Assembly: GCA_049472315.1 (NCBI GenBank)
Contig: JBLIRN010000078.1
Coordinates: 1 to 12,572 of the forward strand
DNA length: 12,572 nt
Direction of reading: 5' to 3'
Origin: a bacterium
GTDB taxonomy: Bacteria; SZUA-182; DTGQ01; JAFGSM01
The notes beneath the pieces were generated by a model. It did not search any database. It was given only the letters and a program-made list of their open reading frames with translations, and was not told the origin of the DNA. Below are positions 8,399-12,572 of this stretch, one piece after another. Both the position numbers and the translations under genes were made by a program. The first letter of the stretch is position 1. The number at the start of each line of letters is the position of its first letter.

Positions 8399-8492
8399 TG
8401 CAGGTATAAGCCCTGTGAGGGATTTATCAAGGGATTTGTAGACGGGAATACTGTATAGTATTATATATAAGGATATATTAGGTTGGTGGAAA

Positions 8493-8526
8493 GGGGAGCG
8501 GGGAGCATAGAGGCTCCGCTTCGCCC
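8493..8526. terminator. GC-rich hairpin between convergent transcription units (possible terminator)
   Basis: GGGGAGCGGGGAGC-ATAGAG-GCTCCGCTTCGCCC pairs imperfectly, about 95 bp after the barrel gene stop. There is no strong U-tract. Confidence 0.35.
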
Positions 8527-8993
8527 TAACAAAGTTTGGTTGCTCCGGGTTGCTTCCCCCGCAATGACAGGATTATAATTTTTGACTCAGGGGGGCGTCA
8601 GGATGCAGCAATCACGCCCCGCCAACTCCTCTAATATCACGACACGATTGGTGTGCCTGAATTTTTCATGGCAGGAATACTTTTTAGCCACTTAAGATGG
8701 ATTCCCCTTTCCTGATATTCTCTCTTCCCTGCAAATAATTCCCCTTTTCCTCTTCTTTTCATCTTCCGATAAATTCCCCTATGTTTTTATTTTGGGAAAA
8801 ACTCGCATCTGCTTATCATCAAAGCAAGTTTTTATTATTTAATATCTAACTGTGTTAGATCGAGTCTTCGCTTTTACATTCCACATCAGTCGCTGGATTA
8901 TATGCTGCCGACCGAATATTTTAAAATTTTTGTAATGCAAAAGAACCTGTATCAACTTGCCCGGACAAATAGGGAGCATCACAGAACTGTTTG

Positions 8994-9025
8994 AATAAAA
9001 TGGCAGAGCTATTTCTCACCCTGCC
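8994..9025 (-). terminator. Probable intrinsic terminator of the PEP-CTERM gene
   Basis: Minus strand GGCAGGGT-GAGAAATA-GCTCTGCC followed by ATTTTATT, 25 bp after the stop at 9051. Confidence 0.6.
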
Positions 9026-9050
9026 CTTAAAGCGATTCTTATAATTGATA

Positions 9051-9800
9051 CTATTTTTTTCTTCTCCTTATTCCTACAAGACCAACTAAGCCAAGACCAA
9101 GGAGGAGCATTGTGGAAGGTTCCGGAGTTGGAACAGGCGCTGCATCTAACCGTACATTGTCAAAATCAACTTCTAAACCAGAACCCGTTGATATGTTTAG
9201 TAATCTAATTGTCAGGGCCTCTCCTAACATGAGATGATCAGACGGTGCGGTAAAGGATACAGAAGATGTGCAAAAAGTTCCTTCATCAGGAGATAGAGTA
9301 TTATCGTCGTAGGCAAGGAGCATATAGTCATCGTCGTCACCTGCTACGTTGCCTGCTAATAGTTCAATTCGGTATCCAGGGAAACCACGATATTCATAAC
9401 CCCTGGTATTGCCAATATCGACTTGTAAATCATAGGTTATGCCTGCCATCAAGAAGGCATCTAAGGTCTGCGAGAACCCCATGAACCCTTCCATATCATA
9501 TCGCGGATAAATCTCAATATATCCGACATTCCTTCCCTCTGGCGCTCCGTTGGGAGTAAATGGATAATCCTCTAACCTAATGGGATTCCAGGCACCATAA
9601 TAGGCATCATAAGCCCCGGTCAATTCAGAATATATCTCCCAACCAGGTGGTTCATTCTCGGTGTATGTACCGTTGGTTAGCACTTGATTTTCAAATCCCG
9701 CGTTTTCTATTGTAATCAAATATGCTTGGGAATAGCCGAAGTTAATAACAAGACCAAATATTAATAGGGTCATTGTGAGAGTAACTATTTTTTTAATCAT
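9051..9800 (-). CDS. PEP-CTERM sorting-domain protein with a Stig cyclase (HpiC1/FamC-like) domain
   Basis: N-terminal signal peptide (..YSQA-Y) and C-terminal VPTPEPSTMLLLGLGLVGLVGIRRRKK (PEP motif, TM helix, basic tail). The body has NAGFEN, PPGW, APEGRNVGYI, GFSQTLDA, VDIGN, GFPGYRIELLAG, LAYDDN, GTFCTSSVSFTA, IRLLN and DFDNVRL, collinear with HpiC1 as I recall it. RBS GAGGA upstream. Confidence 0.9.
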   Translation of the reverse strand: MIKKIVTLTMTLLIFGLVINFGYSQAYLITIENAGFENQVLTNGTYTENEPPGWEIYSELTGAYDAYYGAWNPIRLEDYPFTPNGAPEGRNVGYIEIYPRYDMEGFMGFSQTLDAFLMAGITYDLQVDIGNTRGYEYRGFPGYRIELLAGNVAGDDDDYMLLAYDDNTLSPDEGTFCTSSVSFTAPSDHLMLGEALTIRLLNISTGSGLEVDFDNVRLDAAPVPTPEPSTMLLLGLGLVGLVGIRRRKK

Positions 9801-9894
9801 AGTTTATATCCTCAAGTTAAGTAAAAATTCTAAATTGATTAATACCAAAGGGTTTCTTCTCATAAATTAGACTTATCATATATTTTAATGCTTG

Positions 9895-9910
9895 AGCAAG
9901 ATAAATACCT
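9895..9910 (-). promoter_or_regulatory. Candidate sigma-54 (-24/-12) promoter of the PEP-CTERM gene
   Basis: Minus strand AGGTAT-TTATC-TTGCT gives GG-N10-GC with TTGCT, about 95 bp upstream of the ATG. PEP-CTERM genes are often sigma-54 controlled. Confidence 0.55.
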
Positions 9911-10540
9911 TATCATTGCATCACCCCCTTGACATTAAATAATTGACTCCCATAATCTCTTTAATAACATCTTCTATGACCAACTACTCTGCTCATCGAA
10001 CATGCTTAAATTATCGTATTAGGTAAGATGATGAGATAGGACATCACCTTCGTAATGCACATACCACGATGTTCTATCATTCATTAACCAATATATGAAA
10101 TGATTTAAGCAGTTAGCAGCAAGTCTATTTATTTGATAGCCAGATTTCAAAACTCCTTATTTTTTGCTGACAATTTTTCAAAAAAGGTGTTTTCTGCTAT
10201 CGAATAAGGCGGATCACAGATATCCAATGAAATCAAGGAAGTCAAACTGTTGATGGAAAAATAAAGAGGAAAAACAATGTGTTGGCGAAAAACTATGCTC
10301 ATATGAAAAAAGAGCACTATGAACCTTCTCAATTATAGTATATCGCAAAATCTCAACTTGACAATCAGGGCAGACCCTTAAACTTATATCAGGGAATTGC
10401 TCATATTATTCATCTATTCATCTTGGTCACAGTGTAACCGTATGTAATAATTAAAATATTATATAATGCATTGAAATTATACAAAATATAAAGTTAAAAA
10501 CACTTCTCGGATGATCCAACCATTTTAACTCAGAAGGACG

Positions 10541-10741
10541 TCAGGACGGAGCGACCACGCATTGGCAGAACCGGGCGATGCCCTTCGGGGTGAGGCCGTA
10601 AAGGCCCCGGATCTTCTCCTGGGAGCCTGCCGGGGAAAAGGTGTCCGGAATGCCTATACGGAAGAAGGTTACGAACTGGGCGAGCACTTCCTCATTGAGC
10701 GTCTCCGTGACCGCGCACCCGAATCCCACCGCAAGGGTGTT
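10541..10741 (-). pseudogene. 3' fragment of a dxs-like (transketolase C-terminal domain) gene
   Basis: Frame reads NTLAVGFGCAVTETLNEEVLAQFVTFFRIGIPDTFSPAGSQEKIRGLYGLTPKGIARFCQCVVAPS*, matching the DXS/transketolase-C tail pattern (E)NxxxGGFGSAVxE...RIGIPDxFxxxGSQExLRxxxGLxxxGIA. The rest of the gene is absent and there is an in-frame TGA just upstream. Confidence 0.75.
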
Positions 10742-12572
10742 AGGAAGGATTCACCCACCATGGTTTCACGTCCAAAAAGAATTCCATTAGTGCATATCCG
10801 CCTCGTATATCGTAGAAGATGATCTCAACATTATAAGATCCTGGGAAGTCGCTCTGAAATTTCCATATGAAGTTGCCTTCTTCGTCCCTTTCGCAGGAAC
10901 CGATATTACAGGATACGTAGATCTCATCGCCATCCGGATCTTCCACTGAGAAATCGGGCGGACCCAGGATGAACTCCTGTCCGGCAACCGTTGTTACAGG
11001 CTGTGTGGGACCACCCGTGATGATGATCGGCTGATTGATGGGGCTTCCTCCGCGGCATTCACTGGAGATTTTCAACTCGATGTCGGCTGTGCCGCCACGG
11101 TTGTCCGAACAGGTCACGACTGTAGTATAAACCACTTCATACTTCGGGACCCAGGAAATGAGCCCCGAGTATAGATCGATCTCGCTGTAGGAGGAGCCCT
11201 CCGGAAGGTCCCATACCAGTGAGCACATGTCATCCCTGGGTTCCATGCCGGGGATATTCCCAGGCACATGCGTGGTGTCAGGGATCTCTCCGTACAGATT
11301 GTAAGCCTGTGAGAAGATGAAACAATCCGGATCGATGCATTGAAAGGCATAAAGACCCAATTCTCCCACATATACTGTCATTTCGACATCATCCGATGCT
11401 GGCACGGGATCATAATTTTCCACCGGATAATCGAGTACGGTGATGGGAAAGGTGCTGACCTCCGAATCTATCCCGTTGGTCACCTCGATGGTCACCATCA
11501 GTTCCTCCAAATCTATCGGCGTATAATCCAGGGCCGCCACATTCGGCCAGATCGAGACACCGGAGTTCCACAGGGCAGCTTCTATCGCCAAGACCATTCC
11601 TCGTGGGAAGCACGGCCTTTGATATTGGTAAATCACATCAATCGTATTATGGTTTGCCGGCAGATAGGTGGGCATACCATCATAGGGGTCCACTGGAAGC
11701 GGATTGATCTGCAGGGGTTGCCCCTCAACAGATCCATTCACGGATACCTTCCATCCCATGTGGCCCTGTTCGATGATCCTCTCCGCCAAATGACCGCCGA
11801 ACCTTAGATTCGGGTCTGCAAAGATTGGCAGGTCGAGATCGACCTTGAACGATGCCCTGTCGAAAAGGGCGGCCATATGCGGATCGTTTTCACCAAACAG
11901 GGCCGGGTCCGCCCCCAGATCCATCCAGTATCTCACCACCTGATCATTCTGATCATTGGGGTCATCGACAAAGAGGAGGAATTCCGCGGGATCAAGCAGG
12001 AAATCAAAAATGCTGGTGCATGAGAGCAGATCACCATTCGTGCAGCAAAACTGCAAGCTCTCGGATGTATGATATGTATAATCAGCGATGAACAGATACC
12101 GGTAGGGCTCATCGATCTGGGCATAGAGAGGACCCATTTTAAAAAGGCTTAGGTTCTCAAAAACAGGGTGGAACGGTTCCTTGATTTTATTGGATGGGGA
12201 AGAGCAATATAACCATGGATGGGACCACAGAGGAATATAATTGAGGGTTGATGGATACAACCATGTATAATAGGTATGACTGAGGTGATCGGCAGGGCTG
12301 GTCCCGATTTGGCTAAAGGGCGCGTTCCATAAAGGCATCCCTAACGATGATCTATACGAGCCGGGAATGTCTAAAGGGAGAGGGTATTCGATCTCTATCT
12401 TCGCCCCGGCCATGCCCTTCCAAGCTAAAAGGGGATTCCACGAATACATGCACAGCGGTAGGTTATAGGAGGCGGGAATATCAAAAAGGAATGAGTGCTC
12501 GGTCCCCATCTTGGCCCCGGCCGTAACCCTCATCCAGGTAAGCAGCACGATAAAGACCATCAAGATCCATAG
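10740..12572 (-). CDS. Large secreted hypothetical protein with C-terminal Ig/cadherin-like domains, true start probably outside the window
   Basis: The frame stays open to the window end (LWILMVFIVLLTWMRVTA-GAK resembles a signal-peptide H/C region). The C-terminal part has NYDPV...CIDPD...IDLYSGLISWVP...VTCSDNRGG and NQPII...VEDPDGDEIY...FIWKF...PGSYNVEIIFYDIRGG. Confidence 0.8.
   Translation of the reverse strand, partial: LWILMVFIVLLTWMRVTAGAKMGTEHSFLFDIPASYNLPLCMYSWNPLLAWKGMAGAKIEIEYPLPLDIPGSYRSSLGMPLWNAPFSQIGTSPADHLSHTYYTWLYPSTLNYIPLWSHPWLYCSSPSNKIKEPFHPVFENLSLFKMGPLYAQIDEPYRYLFIADYTYHTSESLQFCCTNGDLLSCTSIFDFLLDPAEFLLFVDDPNDQNDQVVRYWMDLGADPALFGENDPHMAALFDRASFKVDLDLPIFADPNLRFGGHLAERIIEQGHMGWKVSVNGSVEGQPLQINPLPVDPYDGMPTYLPANHNTIDVIYQYQRPCFPRGMVLAIEAALWNSGVSIWPNVAALDYTPIDLEELMVTIEVTNGIDSEVSTFPITVLDYPVENYDPVPASDDVEMTVYVGELGLYAFQCIDPDCFIFSQAYNLYGEIPDTTHVPGNIPGMEPRDDMCSLVWDLPEGSSYSEIDLYSGLISWVPKYEVVYTTVVTCSDNRGGTADIELKISSECRGGSPINQPIIITGGPTQPVTTVAGQEFILGPPDFSVEDPDGDEIYVSCNIGSCERDEEGNFIWKFQSDFPGSYNVEIIFYDIRGGYALMEFFLDVKPWWVNPS
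12324..12521 (-). repeat. Diverged tandem duplication (period 111 bp = 37 aa) at the N-terminus of the large secreted protein
   Basis: AGAKMGTEHSFLFDIPASYNLPLCMYSWN (12435-12521) vs AGAKIEIEYPLPLDIPGSYRSSLGMPLWN (12324-12410). The similarity is also visible in the DNA (CGGGAAT..., ATCTT.GCCCCGGCC). Confidence 0.85.

Noticed and set aside
8447..8470. AATACTGTATAGTATT palindrome resembling a LexA SOS box
   Set aside because: Only the CTGT half-site is present, with no ACAG at 8-bp spacing and no adjacent gene start.
10147..10332. 61-aa minus-strand ORF in the AT-rich islet
   Set aside because: TTG start, no recognisable motif, and plausible by chance. A decayed gene here cannot be excluded.
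10562..12124. Plus-strand ORFs 10562-10822, 11340-11807, 11852-12091 and off-frame minus ORFs
   Set aside because: Shadows of the dxs-like fragment and the large secreted gene.
1..12572. tRNA, rRNA, integrase, transposase or CRISPR array
   Set aside because: None recognised by eye. Covariance-model and HMM scans would be needed to exclude them formally.

Overview
Bacterial genomic DNA from a diderm organism (lipoboxes, an outer-membrane barrel, a PEP-CTERM protein), with a GC-rich backbone and an AT-rich insert at about 8.4-10.5 kb. From left to right: (1) a minus-strand chemotaxis operon, cheA (no P2 domain)-cheY-cheW (duplicated N-terminal extension)-MCP, where the MCP runs off the left edge and is missing from the ORF track; (2) a divergent plus-strand operon: nitroreductase, COG3014-type lipoprotein, YcfL lipoprotein, LpoB-family lipoprotein and a small beta-barrel; (3) an AT-rich segment with one minus-strand gene whose product closely resembles cyanobacterial Stig cyclases (HpiC1/FamC-type hapalindole cyclases) but carries a PEP-CTERM exosortase signal and a candidate sigma-54 promoter; (4) an orphan 3' fragment of a dxs/transketolase-C gene fused to the stop codon of (5) a large secreted Ig/cadherin-like protein that runs off the right edge. 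All family calls come from motif recognition by eye and from memory. No database search was run.
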